Under the pieces are notes generated by a model that saw only the letters and a program-made list of their open reading frames with translations, was not told the DNA's origin and ran no database searches. A stretch of DNA of 64,000 nt from contig CBDHHL010000056.1 of assembly GCA_965263355.1 (NCBI GenBank), positions 416,001-480,000 of the forward strand. The letters are read 5' to 3'. Below are positions 48,481-59,519 of this stretch, piece by piece. Numbering within the stretch: position 1 is the stretch's first letter; every line of letters starts with the position of its first letter. The stretch comes from Leptolyngbyaceae cyanobacterium (GTDB taxonomy: Bacteria > Cyanobacteriota > Cyanobacteriia > Phormidesmidales > Phormidesmidaceae). The translations under genes and the position numbers were made by a program.

Positions 48481-49872
48481 CTAGGAAGATAGGGCTGGCT
48501 GATAAGACTTTTTTTTCGGGATTAGCCCTAAGGGCAGGGCTTTAAGCGCTTCTCCTGCCGAATCAAAGCGAAGATTGTAATTAGGATTCACCATACGCTC
48601 AAACAGTTTGACAATTTTAGGATCTGCTTTTACCAAATCTGTCAAGTTTTGCTGACCGCTCACTTTTACTAACCACGCAGGAGATTGTCCTGTCAATGAC
48701 TGTAGTAAAATCATACCGATGGAATAGACATCACTATTTAACTGGGGGTTCCCCACTCGCTGTTCAGCAGATTGATAGTCGTTATGCCTTAAAAGAGCTT
48801 GGCGATAGGTCAATGAATGGGACCGAAGGCCCACAAACATTCGCTTTAGTAAGCCATACTCTACCAAAACTATGCGGTTATCGGAGTGGCGACGAATAAA
48901 ACTTTGGGGAGTGCATTCACAGTGCACCATTTTTCCCTGATGAAACGGATGCACCGCACTCAGCAAGTTTTGGGTAAGCTGCAGAACATGTCCCATTGAT
49001 TGGGCATCTCCTAGTTCATCTGTCAAAGACGTACCGATAATGTGGGACTGAACCCAGTAAAATTTACCATCTTGCTCAAAAGAATCTAGGCACGTAGCAA
49101 TATCATCCTGTCGAGTAATCACCCTCAGAAAACTCATTTCTGAATTTAGAGCCTCTCGTACCAACGTGAGTAGGGCAGGGGTCTCGACTGGCAGATTAAA
49201 TACATTAATAATGACTGACTTGGATATTGGGGCTTTTAAGTCTTTTGCCAGTAAACGCTGCCCAAATAAACTGTTACTCAGCAACTCGCATACTTCATAA
49301 CGGCCATTTAAAGGACCATCAGAGGCCTTATTCAAGATTGGGGTTGAAGAAAACGCATCAATCTCTGCACCCGCAAACTCTGATATCTTACTTTCTAAAT
49401 GTTTGAACTTTAGAAGCCCAATCTCTGCTAAAGCATGCTTGGGTGACGTGCCCTGATTCACTAGGGGCAACGGCTCGTCAGAGGAGACATTACTAGCTGC
49501 GGACTCTGATACCCCCAACAATGCATTGACTTTACTAATCAGACGCTTCAGTACAATAGGCTTGGTGTCATAGTCGTTACAACCTACCTCTAATGCTGTT
49601 TTCCATGTACTTGAGTTGGTATTGGTGGTCAGCGCAATAATAGGAATATGGGCGGTCACAGCAGAGGCTTTAAGAATTTTGATCGACTGCCACCCACTCA
49701 TTATCGGCAGGTCTGTGCCCATGATAATCAGGTCGGGTTGTTGCTCAATGGCCATGGATACGCCCTTGTCACCATCGGTTGCAATCACCACATCATATCC
49801 ACAATGCTGCAGCCGTCGGTCCAACATTGTGCGATTTAATGCATTGTTTTCTACCAGTAAAACCTTAGGCAT
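48481..49872 (-). CDS. Receiver-like domain fused to a degenerate Hanks-type Ser/Thr kinase domain
   Basis: N-terminal DivK/CheY-like fold (VLLVENN, PDLIIMG, PIIALT, TKP); kinase remnants LNGRYEV, HCECTP, EYG, SDVYSIG, LTG, RF.SA.EAL. Confidence 0.8.
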   Translation of the reverse strand: MPKVLLVENNALNRTMLDRRLQHCGYDVVIATDGDKGVSMAIEQQPDLIIMGTDLPIMSGWQSIKILKASAVTAHIPIIALTTNTNSSTWKTALEVGCNDYDTKPIVLKRLISKVNALLGVSESAASNVSSDEPLPLVNQGTSPKHALAEIGLLKFKHLESKISEFAGAEIDAFSSTPILNKASDGPLNGRYEVCELLSNSLFGQRLLAKDLKAPISKSVIINVFNLPVETPALLTLVREALNSEMSFLRVITRQDDIATCLDSFEQDGKFYWVQSHIIGTSLTDELGDAQSMGHVLQLTQNLLSAVHPFHQGKMVHCECTPQSFIRRHSDNRIVLVEYGLLKRMFVGLRSHSLTYRQALLRHNDYQSAEQRVGNPQLNSDVYSIGMILLQSLTGQSPAWLVKVSGQQNLTDLVKADPKIVKLFERMVNPNYNLRFDSAGEALKALPLGLIPKKKSYQPALSS

Positions 49873-49966
49873 GGCAAATAATGTAGTGATAGACCAAAAT
49901 ATTTAACGATGTCATACGACCAGAACTAATTGTTTTTGAGCAGTAACGATACATATCTATATGAGC

Positions 49967-52018
49967 CTAAATAGCTGCACAAACATGCAGTTCTTCTAGA
50001 AAGTCTTGCAGATTCAAATCATTGCGATAGTAAATACTTTGAATATCGTTAGCAATTTGCAGACTGACATCGGCATCAATCGATGAGTTAGCCATGGCAA
50101 CAATAGGTATTTCCTCATATTCTGGCGTTTGTCGCAGTGCTTTAATACACTGAACTGCATCAGGCTCCAAACTCAAGTCAATGACTACTAATGCAGGCGA
50201 TTTCTCTACTTGGGCCATGGTTAGAGCGTCGGCAACATTATCGACACATTTGACCACCCAGTTTTCTTGTCGGAGCATACGAGTAACGACTTCGTCGTTT
50301 TTTTCCCATGCTTGCATCAATAGCAACCATGGCTGCTCATCATCTACTGATTTGTTTATCTCGTGCACAACTTGAGGGAATCGTAGCGTAAACTGAGAGC
50401 CTTTATCTGATTGGCTTTCTACTATAACGTCTCCTCCCATCATGTTGGCAAACTGTTTGGTAATTGTTAGCCCAAGGCCTGTACCACCAAACTCTCGAGT
50501 CGTTGAATTATCAGCTTGAGCAAACGCGTCGAAAATCTTTTGCTGTTGCTCTGACGTCATCCCGATACCCGTATCCGTAACAATAAAGTCAATCCATGGC
50601 TGATTTGCTTCTATGCTTTCCTTAATAGTTAGGGCAATCGTTCCATCTTGGGTAAACTTGTTGGCATTACTGAGTAGGTTCAACAAACTCTGATGGACTT
50701 TGGATCGATCTGCCATAATTAAATCAATATCAGTTTCATGATGAACAATTAGCTTATTCCCTTTCTTCTGGACTAAAGGGGTAAGCATATCAACGACTTG
50801 TTCAATCAGGAAGGAGATGGAGAATTCCTCAATGAATAGCTCCATGCGACCTGACTCAATTTTAGAGAGGTCGAGGACTGAGTTGATCAGGGTCAGCAGT
50901 TGTTTGCCAGCTCCCTGAATCCGATATAAATCGGTCTGGGCATCTTCCTTAGATAAGTTATCGGCCTCTTCAGCCAACATTTCGCTATAGCCAATAATGG
51001 CATTGAGGGGAGTACGCAGTTCATGGCTCATATTGGCTAAGAAGTCACTTTTTGCCTGAGTAGCGGCTTCAGCACTTTCTTTAGCATGGCTTAAGGACTG
51101 TTCCCTCAAAACCACTTCATTGGCCATGTGTTCAAATGCACGGGCCAGCTGACCGGGCTCATCCGTGCGTGTTGTTAGATTACCCAGGGCCATAGCGTCA
51201 TCTGAGCCATCCGACAGGTTTACCCGTTGCCCTAAGCTAATATCACGAATAAGCTTATTGAGTTGTCCTAAAGGTTTAATCACTGTCGTTTTCAACAAGC
51301 GATTAATCACGCTAATAACGACAGCAAATACGCCGCTAAATATGGCAACTACTAGTAAAAGATAACGATTTCCTGTAACAAATACCTGACTAGAGGGCAC
51401 ATATATGGTTTGAGCCGCAACTGTTTCCCCTAGCTTCCAACCATAGCCGTTTTTGTCGCCATAGGTTTTTCGCATACTTTTGGGGGCTGCGGTCGGTTGA
51501 CCATGGCATTCAAGACAACTTTCTTTACTAACGGTAAGGGGACGGCTGATGTAGAGCAACTTAGTTCCTTCGAGGTTGCGATATCCTTTTAGCTCTTTGA
51601 GTTCGTTATTGTTTCGAAACTGATCAACAATTTGAGTTTCAAAGTCGTCGGCCTGATCCCTGGGATTAGTTGGGTTTAATGTAGCTTCCTTATATAGGAA
51701 ATCATTGTATTCTTCGGCTGCCCGAAATCCTTCAAATACTTCCCTGGCAGAATAGGCCGGTACGGTTTCGGGAATAAATTCTGAGGAATCTACTAGGTCA
51801 TCTGCCAGGTGGGGTCTTACTTCCCCACTCGTGTAGTTTCTGACAGCGTTCATGGTTTGGATCAATATCTCTGCACGCTGTACGATTTCACCCTCAGCTT
51901 TCTGACGCATAGTCACTGAAAGAATTAAACCACTCATAAGAATGCTAACGAAGAACATGATCGTTAGCATCTTAGTAAATTGTTTACCAAGACTAGTAAA
52001 ACGACGTTTAGACCTCAT
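49967..52018 (-). CDS. Hybrid sensor histidine kinase: heme-c (DUF3365/Tll0287-like) sensor, HAMP, HisKA, HATPase, degenerate receiver
   Basis: [64 protein letters not shown]. Confidence 0.9.
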   Translation of the reverse strand: MRSKRRFTSLGKQFTKMLTIMFFVSILMSGLILSVTMRQKAEGEIVQRAEILIQTMNAVRNYTSGEVRPHLADDLVDSSEFIPETVPAYSAREVFEGFRAAEEYNDFLYKEATLNPTNPRDQADDFETQIVDQFRNNNELKELKGYRNLEGTKLLYISRPLTVSKESCLECHGQPTAAPKSMRKTYGDKNGYGWKLGETVAAQTIYVPSSQVFVTGNRYLLLVVAIFSGVFAVVISVINRLLKTTVIKPLGQLNKLIRDISLGQRVNLSDGSDDAMALGNLTTRTDEPGQLARAFEHMANEVVLREQSLSHAKESAEAATQAKSDFLANMSHELRTPLNAIIGYSEMLAEEADNLSKEDAQTDLYRIQGAGKQLLTLINSVLDLSKIESGRMELFIEEFSISFLIEQVVDMLTPLVQKKGNKLIVHHETDIDLIMADRSKVHQSLLNLLSNANKFTQDGTIALTIKESIEANQPWIDFIVTDTGIGMTSEQQQKIFDAFAQADNSTTREFGGTGLGLTITKQFANMMGGDVIVESQSDKGSQFTLRFPQVVHEINKSVDDEQPWLLLMQAWEKNDEVVTRMLRQENWVVKCVDNVADALTMAQVEKSPALVVIDLSLEPDAVQCIKALRQTPEYEEIPIVAMANSSIDADVSLQIANDIQSIYYRNDLNLQDFLEELHVCAAI

Positions 52019-52308
52019 AGTGTGTGACTCACCCTAGATAGAGTTAGGCATAATAAGTAATTCTTCTATGGGTCGATTATGGGGTATCTCCCCCCTTAGC
52101 CACTAAGGGAGGCTGAAGAATAGAACCAATAATTTATAGGTATGTGGGTATTGTCTAAAATTTTTGATTCTTTCCTGGGGAGTAGAATCGTAATCGTCAG
52201 GTTACATTTCGTCAGTTATAGGCCTATTTTACAGAGAGAACCATGATGGTTCGTTCTCTAAACCTAATAATGAATATTTAGTTTTGATGAAATGTATCAA
52301 CCTTGTCC

Positions 52309-52357
52309 ACGTCCAGATCTGTAGTTTTGTTGTAAAGGAAACTACAGATCTGGACGT
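52309..52357. repeat. Palindromic element with 19-bp perfect arms
   Basis: acgtccagatctgtagttt-N11-aaactacagatctggacgt; degenerate sibling at 59403-59457. Confidence 0.7.
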
Positions 52358-53302
52358 CTAATCAATGTTTTGTTTTTCTTTGCCTACGGGCAATAGGGCT
52401 GTAATTTGCCAGGGCTGTTGTTCATTTTTTTCAATACTGGGTGTAAGGGTCACCAGGTCCTGAATATTGCGCTCCATAGTACGACAGATGGCGTTTAGGG
52501 GTAAATCGTTGGGATCGCAGCCAAAGGGATTTTCGATTTCCAGGCCAATTTCTTCAACACCAAAGACGGCAAAGGCTACTAAGGCTACTACTGGAATGGT
52601 CCAAAGGTTAAGTTCGCTGACGACTTGAAAGGGCAGGGCGAGACAATACATAACCAGCAACTGCTTTAGATGGATGGAATAGGCCAAAGGCAGGGGCGTT
52701 TTGAGAATACGTTCGCAGCCTCCTAAGGCATCTACCAGATTATTGAGCTGTTCTGTCATTGCCTGCAGCTGATAGGGATTAATCCGTCCTTTTAGCTGCT
52801 GTACTTGCAGGTAGTCGCCCAGCCAAAAGGCGATTTCCAACGGTGGGCTGTTCATGCTCAGAAGTTTATCGAGCTGGGCTGGGGGCACCAAATGACGAAG
52901 CTCGTGCTCACAAGGCTGCTGCCGCAGGTGTTGCTTGGTTGCGATCGCAAACGCCACCAGCAATTTCAAGGCCCGTTTTTTCGACTGACGGCTCGTATCC
53001 ACCGACACCCAAATCTGGCGGGCCAGGTTACGGCAGGTATTGACAATGTTGCCCCACAGTTTGCGGCCTTCCCAAAAGCGCTCGTAGGATACATTGGTGC
53101 GAAACACCAGTAACAAACCCAGCACAATGCTAGGCACCACACCGCCTAAAATTGGCCAGGAGACAGAAACACCCGCCAGATGCAACAGGGTTAGTAATAA
53201 TGAAAACCCTGTGCAAAAGCCAACCCTGGGCATCACAGCCCGGATCACAGAACCTCGAAAACAAAACAGGGTTTTAAACCAAGGTCGACGATCTTCTGCC
53301 AT
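52358..53302 (-). CDS. Bestrophin family ion channel (YneE/VCCN-like)
   Basis: LLLVFRTNVSYERFWEGRKLWG, GGCERILKTPLP, EIENPFGCDPNDLPL. Confidence 0.92.
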   Translation of the reverse strand: MAEDRRPWFKTLFCFRGSVIRAVMPRVGFCTGFSLLLTLLHLAGVSVSWPILGGVVPSIVLGLLLVFRTNVSYERFWEGRKLWGNIVNTCRNLARQIWVSVDTSRQSKKRALKLLVAFAIATKQHLRQQPCEHELRHLVPPAQLDKLLSMNSPPLEIAFWLGDYLQVQQLKGRINPYQLQAMTEQLNNLVDALGGCERILKTPLPLAYSIHLKQLLVMYCLALPFQVVSELNLWTIPVVALVAFAVFGVEEIGLEIENPFGCDPNDLPLNAICRTMERNIQDLVTLTPSIEKNEQQPWQITALLPVGKEKQNID

Positions 53303-53324
53303 GGTTAACTCTTTTCAGGCTTGA

Positions 53325-54836
53325 CTATCGAATATCGTAGCCAAACAGATTGGGATCGGCTTCGCCCATGTCTAGATCACCCAGACCGTATTCGGCCCAG
53401 CGGCGTTCCACCATGACAGCCACATCGGGGTCAGACTTAAGTTCGTCGCCCCACTGATGCTCGGTTTCAGGGGGCACTTTGGTCGTAGCGTCAATGCCCA
53501 TGCGTCCGCCCAGACCCAGCTTTTCGTTGGCAAAGTCCAACGAGTCAAAGGGATTATCAGGCAGGATAAACACATCGCGGGTGGGGTCCACCTTAGAGGT
53601 AACGGCCCAGATTACCTGACGCGGATCGCGAATGTTGATATCGTGGTCCACGACGATGACAAACTTGGTGTAAGTAAACTGAGGTAGGGCCGTCCAAAAG
53701 GCCATGGCCGCCCGACGGGCCTGACCGGGGTACGCCTTTTTGATGGAAATGACAGCCGCTTTATAGCTGAGGGCTTCCATGGGTAGAAAGAAGTCCACAA
53801 TTTCGGACACCTGCTGCCGCAAAATAGGTGTGTAAATGCGGTTAAGGGCGATGGCAATCATCGCTTCTTCCTTGGGCGGGCGACCGCTAAAGGTCGTGAG
53901 ATAAATCGGCTCTTTGCGATGGGTAACGCATTGAAACCGTACCAGGGGGGCCTGGTCATTTTGCGGGCCATAGTAGCCCATGTGGTCGCCAAAGGGACCG
54001 TCGGTAGCGACTTCGCCGGGGGTAATGGTCCCTTCGAGGACAAATTCTGAGGCGGCAGGGACTTCCAGATCAATGGTTTTGCATTTGGCCAGGTGCACAC
54101 CGCTGCCGCCATAGAGCCCGGCAAATAGCCATTCAGATAGGTCTACGGGAATGGGGGTGGCGGCGGCCATGATGATCAGGGGGTGGACACCGATGGCGAT
54201 CGCAATCTCCAACTTTTTGCCATTTTCTGCCGCCTTACGCAAATGTCTGGCACCGCCTCTGACCGATAGCCACTGGACAGTCATGGTATTTTTGCTTTGG
54301 AGCTGCAGACGATAGACGCCCACGTTGGGGATACCGGTTTCGCAGTCTTTAGTAATCACCAGGCCCAGGGTGACAATCTTACCCCCATCCTGGGGATAGG
54401 GTTGGATCATAGGAATCTGGGTCAGGTCAACATCATCGCCTTTAAGCACAACCTGATGGCAGGCGGGCAACAGATCCCGTTGGGGTTTGGCCTTGACGAC
54501 ATCAAATAGGACTTTGCCAAACTCGATGGCCTGGGAGATTTTTTTAGGAGGTTTCGGCTGTTGGAGCATGCCCAGCTTTTTGCCCAGGGCCTCTAGCTCC
54601 TGAGGGTGCTCCATCCCCATGGACCAGCAGGTGCGTTCAACGGTGCCAAGCAGGTTAACTGCAACGGCATGGGGGGACCCCTTAACGTTTTCGAAAAGGA
54701 GAGCGGGACCACCGCATTGGAGCATGCGATTGGAGATTTCTGCTATTTCTAGCTCAGGATCGACTAATGTCTGGATGCGGCGTAACTGGCCTCGCTGTTC
54801 AACTAGTTTGATAAATTCGCGCAGATCTCTCGCCAT
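53325..54836 (-). CDS. ubiD: UbiD family prenyl-FMN decarboxylase (plastoquinone pathway type)
   Basis: MARDLREFI, GPALLFENV, NVGVYRLQ, EFVLEG, DGPFGDHMGYY, GRPPKEE, MGIDAT. Confidence 0.93.
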   Translation of the reverse strand: MARDLREFIKLVEQRGQLRRIQTLVDPELEIAEISNRMLQCGGPALLFENVKGSPHAVAVNLLGTVERTCWSMGMEHPQELEALGKKLGMLQQPKPPKKISQAIEFGKVLFDVVKAKPQRDLLPACHQVVLKGDDVDLTQIPMIQPYPQDGGKIVTLGLVITKDCETGIPNVGVYRLQLQSKNTMTVQWLSVRGGARHLRKAAENGKKLEIAIAIGVHPLIIMAAATPIPVDLSEWLFAGLYGGSGVHLAKCKTIDLEVPAASEFVLEGTITPGEVATDGPFGDHMGYYGPQNDQAPLVRFQCVTHRKEPIYLTTFSGRPPKEEAMIAIALNRIYTPILRQQVSEIVDFFLPMEALSYKAAVISIKKAYPGQARRAAMAFWTALPQFTYTKFVIVVDHDINIRDPRQVIWAVTSKVDPTRDVFILPDNPFDSLDFANEKLGLGGRMGIDATTKVPPETEHQWGDELKSDPDVAVMVERRWAEYGLGDLDMGEADPNLFGYDIR

Positions 54837-54900
54837 GGGGGTGGAATAGGTCTTTACTTTCCATTATGCGAGGAAATGGGGGCGAGGGGGGAAGCTTAGC

Positions 54901-56226
54901 CTATTCGGCTTCTAAGACTTTTACTTCGTAGCGGTCATAGTCTTTGTCAATGGACTTGATCACCCGTACTGGACGCACTTCTCCCGGCAACATGGGGGTA
55001 TCACTCCCATAGACCACAAGTACATCCTGGCTGAGAATCAGTTCGCCTAGCGTATTGTAGAAATCGGCCTGTAGCTTAAGCGTACGCATGGGAATTTCGC
55101 TGGTATTCGTGACGGCCCATTCGGCGTCGAAGTAAGCGCTATCGGTTACTTCGTAAACCTTGAGGTCCTCGCTACGGGCAACCAGGTCAAAGGTGAGTTG
55201 GGTGGGTTGTTTAAAGCCCCAGGTATAGTCAATGGGGATGGACGGGGTATAGTCAAGTTCCAGCGATTCCTCAATGGTAATGACACTAAGGCGAACGGTA
55301 GAGAGGTCCGGGGTAACCTTTTGGACCAGATCAACGGCATGGTAATCACCAGGGCGGACGGTGGCATCACTGCTGTCGATGGCATTTTTGCTATCGGTTG
55401 CGATCGCAACCCCATCTTTGTCTAAATAATCTACTTGTACTCGCAGGGTATCAATTTCTTGAGTACTCTCATTGAGGAATACCCCCTGCAGGGTGTAGTA
55501 AGAAGACTCTTCATAATTATCTAACCGAGATAGGCGAGGTTCCAAGGTGAGACCAGGCTGCTCAAAGATAATGGGAATCTCGATACCAATCGACCGCTCT
55601 GGCTGAGCCGCTGTATCGGGGGCAATGTCAGTATCGCCAGTAGCTTCAGGCGCACTAACATCTGGTTTGACCGCAGTCTGACCATCTGGATTAGCGAGGG
55701 TAATCTCTTGGGTAAGCTGTTCTACTTCAGACCGTTTGACAATAATATCCGTTACCAGCTTAAAGCCACCGAACAAAAGCACGGCAGCTAAGCCTAACCA
55801 CAGAATACGTTGGCGACTAACGGCTTCATGCTCTAAGGCACTGATCAACATAACCGCCTCTTCATTGTTAGGACTGATCTCTAAACAACGCTTGGCAAGG
55901 GCAATGGCCTGTTGCTTGTCCTCGGCTTTTTTCCGTTTGGCGTAACGCTGATCGTAGGCGTAGGTAAGGGTTTGAAGAATCTCAAAGTTTAACGGGTCTA
56001 ATGCTGTCGCCTGACTCAGTTCATCAATGGCTTCATCGAGACAGTCAAAGTCTAAATAGTTACGTCCTCGGTCAAAATGGTCCTGGGCTTTTTGCTGAAC
56101 AGCTGCCATATCATCGGGACCCAGCCCCACTTCTTGAGCAATAGCACTAAGGCTATCAGCGGTAATTGGCTCTTTCCAATTGAGCAATCGTTGAACGTAG
56201 GTTTCTATAATCTTATCGCGACCCAT
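54901..56226 (-). CDS. TPR + TM + two FxLYD-like domains, paralog 1 (track start 56250)
   Basis: MGRDKIIETY, TPR, TM helix, LQGVFLNES...VDYLDKDG, VTNTSE...ADFYNTLG, LPGEVRP. Confidence 0.75.
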   Translation of the reverse strand: MGRDKIIETYVQRLLNWKEPITADSLSAIAQEVGLGPDDMAAVQQKAQDHFDRGRNYLDFDCLDEAIDELSQATALDPLNFEILQTLTYAYDQRYAKRKKAEDKQQAIALAKRCLEISPNNEEAVMLISALEHEAVSRQRILWLGLAAVLLFGGFKLVTDIIVKRSEVEQLTQEITLANPDGQTAVKPDVSAPEATGDTDIAPDTAAQPERSIGIEIPIIFEQPGLTLEPRLSRLDNYEESSYYTLQGVFLNESTQEIDTLRVQVDYLDKDGVAIATDSKNAIDSSDATVRPGDYHAVDLVQKVTPDLSTVRLSVITIEESLELDYTPSIPIDYTWGFKQPTQLTFDLVARSEDLKVYEVTDSAYFDAEWAVTNTSEIPMRTLKLQADFYNTLGELILSQDVLVVYGSDTPMLPGEVRPVRVIKSIDKDYDRYEVKVLEAE

Positions 56227-56386
56227 GGGGAACTCCATTGACCTAATCATTTTCCCTCCCCTTCACACCATAACAATACACAATTAATTTCGGAACTACG
56301 GAGGATGGGTCAAGCAATAGCCATTGCCCGCTTGGTAGTAGGGATACCCAATCTACTTTATGCCGTAGCTTCAGCGAAGCCAATGC

Positions 56387-57865
56387 CTATTCTGCTTCGA
56401 CCACGGTTACCTTATATCGTTCGTAGCCTTTGACAATGGGTTGAATCACACGGAATGGACGTGTTTCGCCCGATAATAAGGGAGCATCGTTATTGTGGAT
56501 GGCAAACACATCCTCACTCTGCAAAAGCCGATCATTTGTACTGTAAAAATCGACCTTTAGCTTAAGTTTACTAATGGGAAAGTCATGGGTATTGATGATT
56601 ACCCATTCACTGTTAAAGGTGACTGGCTCGGGACGGGGCTCGCTGTTTGACTCGTTACTTGACTCGCTGTTTTCACTGTCCTGGTTGTCATTGCCGCTCT
56701 CAGCCGCCTGGTTGTCATCACTGTTGTCAGGCTGACTGTTGCCAGACTTAATCTTATCGGGGGCTGTCAGTTCGACTCCCGATACGCCAAAGAGCTCACT
56801 CCGGCTGGCTAATTCAAAGCTAATGTTTTCAGGTTCCAGGTCTTGCCAACTGTAGTTAATTGGTGTGGGGGGGACATAGGTTTTGCGGGCAGGGATCTGT
56901 TGCAGACTGGCCACACTCAGACGAACCGTAGCTAGCTCGGGAGTGATTTTTTGTAGCAGATTAAATGTATGGTTATCCCCTGGACGAATAATGGCGTCTT
57001 GCTCAGAAATGGCGTCTTTTTCAGTGGTTGAGATCGCAACATCATTGCGATCTAAAAACTCCACATTGAGAACAAGGTTTCTAAATTCCTGATCGCTGGC
57101 ATTGATCAAAACCCCCTGCAATTGATAATAAAGCTCGTCATTATAGTCACCGAGTTCCGACAGACGGGCTTCCATCACGAGACCGGGGTAGTCAAATATA
57201 ACTGGGATGTCAACATCGGCAGCTAAGTCAATGGTTACAGGATCCGTGTCTACGTCCTCGGCCTTTGCATCATCCTTAGATTCATAAATAACAGAACCGG
57301 GAACGATGGTACCCGGTGCTGGCCCGAGGGGGGCCGGTGGTTGGGAGAAGATGGGTAAACGACTGAGCCCCATAATCCCCAGACCAACCGTAGCAAAACC
57401 ACCCGCTAAAATCGTCAGCTTTTGCCTTGTCCATTTAGCAGATACTTGTTTACTTTTAACCGGAGTATGTTCTAGAAAGCTAATTAACACTAACGCTTCC
57501 TTATCATCTGGTTTTAGCTCTACACAGCGCTTGGCAACCAGTAACGCCTTTTGTCGATCGGCTTTATCGTTAGTGCGGTTATGGCGCTGACTGTAGGCAT
57601 TTGCCAGGGTATGTAACCCGTCTAGATTGAGGGGATCTAGGGATACCGATTGATTGAGTTCTTTAATGGCATCATCAAGACAGCCAAATTCCATGTAGGC
57701 GCGACCACGGGTCAGATGGGAATCAGCTTGACTACGAATAGCGTCTAACTCGTTACCGGTAATGCCCACCTCTTCAGCAATCACAGTCAGGGTAGCGCTA
57801 GTAAGCGGCTTTTCCCAGGTCAGTAATCGTTGAATATATGCTTCAATGATGCGGTCACGCCCCAT
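56387..57865 (-). CDS. TPR + TM + two FxLYD-like domains, paralog 2
   Basis: MGRDRIIEAY; same architecture plus an S/N/D/E-rich insert; ends VVEAE. Confidence 0.75.
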   Translation of the reverse strand: MGRDRIIEAYIQRLLTWEKPLTSATLTVIAEEVGITGNELDAIRSQADSHLTRGRAYMEFGCLDDAIKELNQSVSLDPLNLDGLHTLANAYSQRHNRTNDKADRQKALLVAKRCVELKPDDKEALVLISFLEHTPVKSKQVSAKWTRQKLTILAGGFATVGLGIMGLSRLPIFSQPPAPLGPAPGTIVPGSVIYESKDDAKAEDVDTDPVTIDLAADVDIPVIFDYPGLVMEARLSELGDYNDELYYQLQGVLINASDQEFRNLVLNVEFLDRNDVAISTTEKDAISEQDAIIRPGDNHTFNLLQKITPELATVRLSVASLQQIPARKTYVPPTPINYSWQDLEPENISFELASRSELFGVSGVELTAPDKIKSGNSQPDNSDDNQAAESGNDNQDSENSESSNESNSEPRPEPVTFNSEWVIINTHDFPISKLKLKVDFYSTNDRLLQSEDVFAIHNNDAPLLSGETRPFRVIQPIVKGYERYKVTVVEAE

Positions 57866-57983
57866 AGTTCACTCCATTGCTAATCAATCCATTCTCCATT
57901 TCCTTGGATAGATACGGATAAAAATGCGACTAAGTTGGGTAAAGTCTTTGTGGCATAGGGCAGTACAAAACTATTAAAAACTA

Positions 57984-59177
57984 TCAGAGGAGTGGAGCGT
58001 AGGGCTGTGTGAGCGTCGAATTAAGACGGCTACTCAGTTTAGAATGACCATCCTCGGCAGCAAAAGACCTTAAGCTGTAGCGTTTAGAATCAGGCCCTGC
58101 ATCAGTTTCAGAGCCAACAACCTGTTCAATGTCAATCACACTGACACGAACACTAATTAACGCGGGGGTAATTTTGTGGAATAACTCAAAGGCACGGGTA
58201 TCACCGGGACGAATAATGGCCCCCTTACTCGTAATGGCAACTTGATTAATGGTTGAAATGGTCACACCATCCCCATCTAATAATTCTACCTTTAGTTTTA
58301 GCGTTCTCACATCCTGGCCACTGTCATTGATGACAACGCCATGCAGCTTATAGTAAGGTTCCCCCTCATATTCTCCCAAACGCGATAGTCGTGGTTCAAT
58401 CAGCAAGCCAGGATGGTTAAATGCCACTGGTACATTTGGCCCCGGATCAAAGTCAGGGGCTGTTTCAACCAGGGCAGACTCTGAAGCAACGTTAGGATTA
58501 GAAAATACCGGCAAGCGACTTAAAGAGATCGCTGTAATACCCACTACTATTGCTCCCCCACTGCCCCAAAAAAGCTTGTCTATCATCCACCAACCAACTG
58601 TGGACGCATCGATGGGTTGTTGCAGAAAGAGCAACAAAAGAGTAATTCTTGTCTTTGTTCGCCGAGTAATTTGCTCGGGCTTAAAGACATTTTCCAAACT
58701 AAAGAAATTTTCCAAAAAGCCAATCAAAATAAAAATATTTGGCTTTGCCTGCAGCGACAAATTTTGGAAACCAGCAAACTCCTCTAACTCTTTTACTAAA
58801 CTCAAGACTTCTCGGTTATTGGGATTCAGTTCGAGGTAGCGTCTAGCCATCACTAACGCCTGTTGTCTATCTTCCGGTCTGATATCTTGGCAATAGCGCT
58901 GGTTATAGGCATTGGCTAAGGCATTAAGCACCTCAAGGTTGACGGGATTTAGAGACTGCGCACGGGTGAGTTCCCGAATGGCATTATCCAGGTCGCCAAC
59001 CTCTGTATAGTTGTAGCCACGGGTAAGGTGAACCTGAACTTGCTGGTTGATGGATTCTAATTCACCACTAGTAATCCCGACCTCTTCAGCAATGGCGTTG
59101 AGGATAGACTCAGTCAGGGGCTGCTTTAATTCCAGCAACCGTTGAATATAAGCTTCAATAATGCTAGCGCGACCCAT
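57984..59177 (-). CDS. TPR + TM + single FxLYD-like domain, paralog 3
   Basis: MGRASIIEAY; TPR; LHGVVINDSG...VELLDGDG, IRPGD; lacks the second domain. Confidence 0.72.
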   Translation of the reverse strand: MGRASIIEAYIQRLLELKQPLTESILNAIAEEVGITSGELESINQQVQVHLTRGYNYTEVGDLDNAIRELTRAQSLNPVNLEVLNALANAYNQRYCQDIRPEDRQQALVMARRYLELNPNNREVLSLVKELEEFAGFQNLSLQAKPNIFILIGFLENFFSLENVFKPEQITRRTKTRITLLLLFLQQPIDASTVGWWMIDKLFWGSGGAIVVGITAISLSRLPVFSNPNVASESALVETAPDFDPGPNVPVAFNHPGLLIEPRLSRLGEYEGEPYYKLHGVVINDSGQDVRTLKLKVELLDGDGVTISTINQVAITSKGAIIRPGDTRAFELFHKITPALISVRVSVIDIEQVVGSETDAGPDSKRYSLRSFAAEDGHSKLSSRLNSTLTQPYAPLL

Positions 59178-59519
59178 AGTTTACTCCGTTTTAGCAATTG
59201 CCTTAAGGGGGTAGATTGCATAATCGGCTCTTGATACCAGCAACCGCTGAGCATACGCTCATATCGCTGGCGCGCCCATGGTTTCTTTGTCCTTGTTAAT
59301 CCATTCAGCTTTTCTTGATTAGATACAGATAAATTCTGACTAAGTTTTAGTAAAGTCTTTACACTGTTGCCCCAAAGTGACTTTAATAACTAAATCTTGT
59401 TCACGTCCGGAACTGTAGTTTTGCGTTAAAGGAAACTCCAGGTTCCAACTTGGACATGGTTTAGAGCCGATGCAACGTTACACTACAACGTGGCTATTGA
59501 AATCTTAAAGGTGTGCTGA

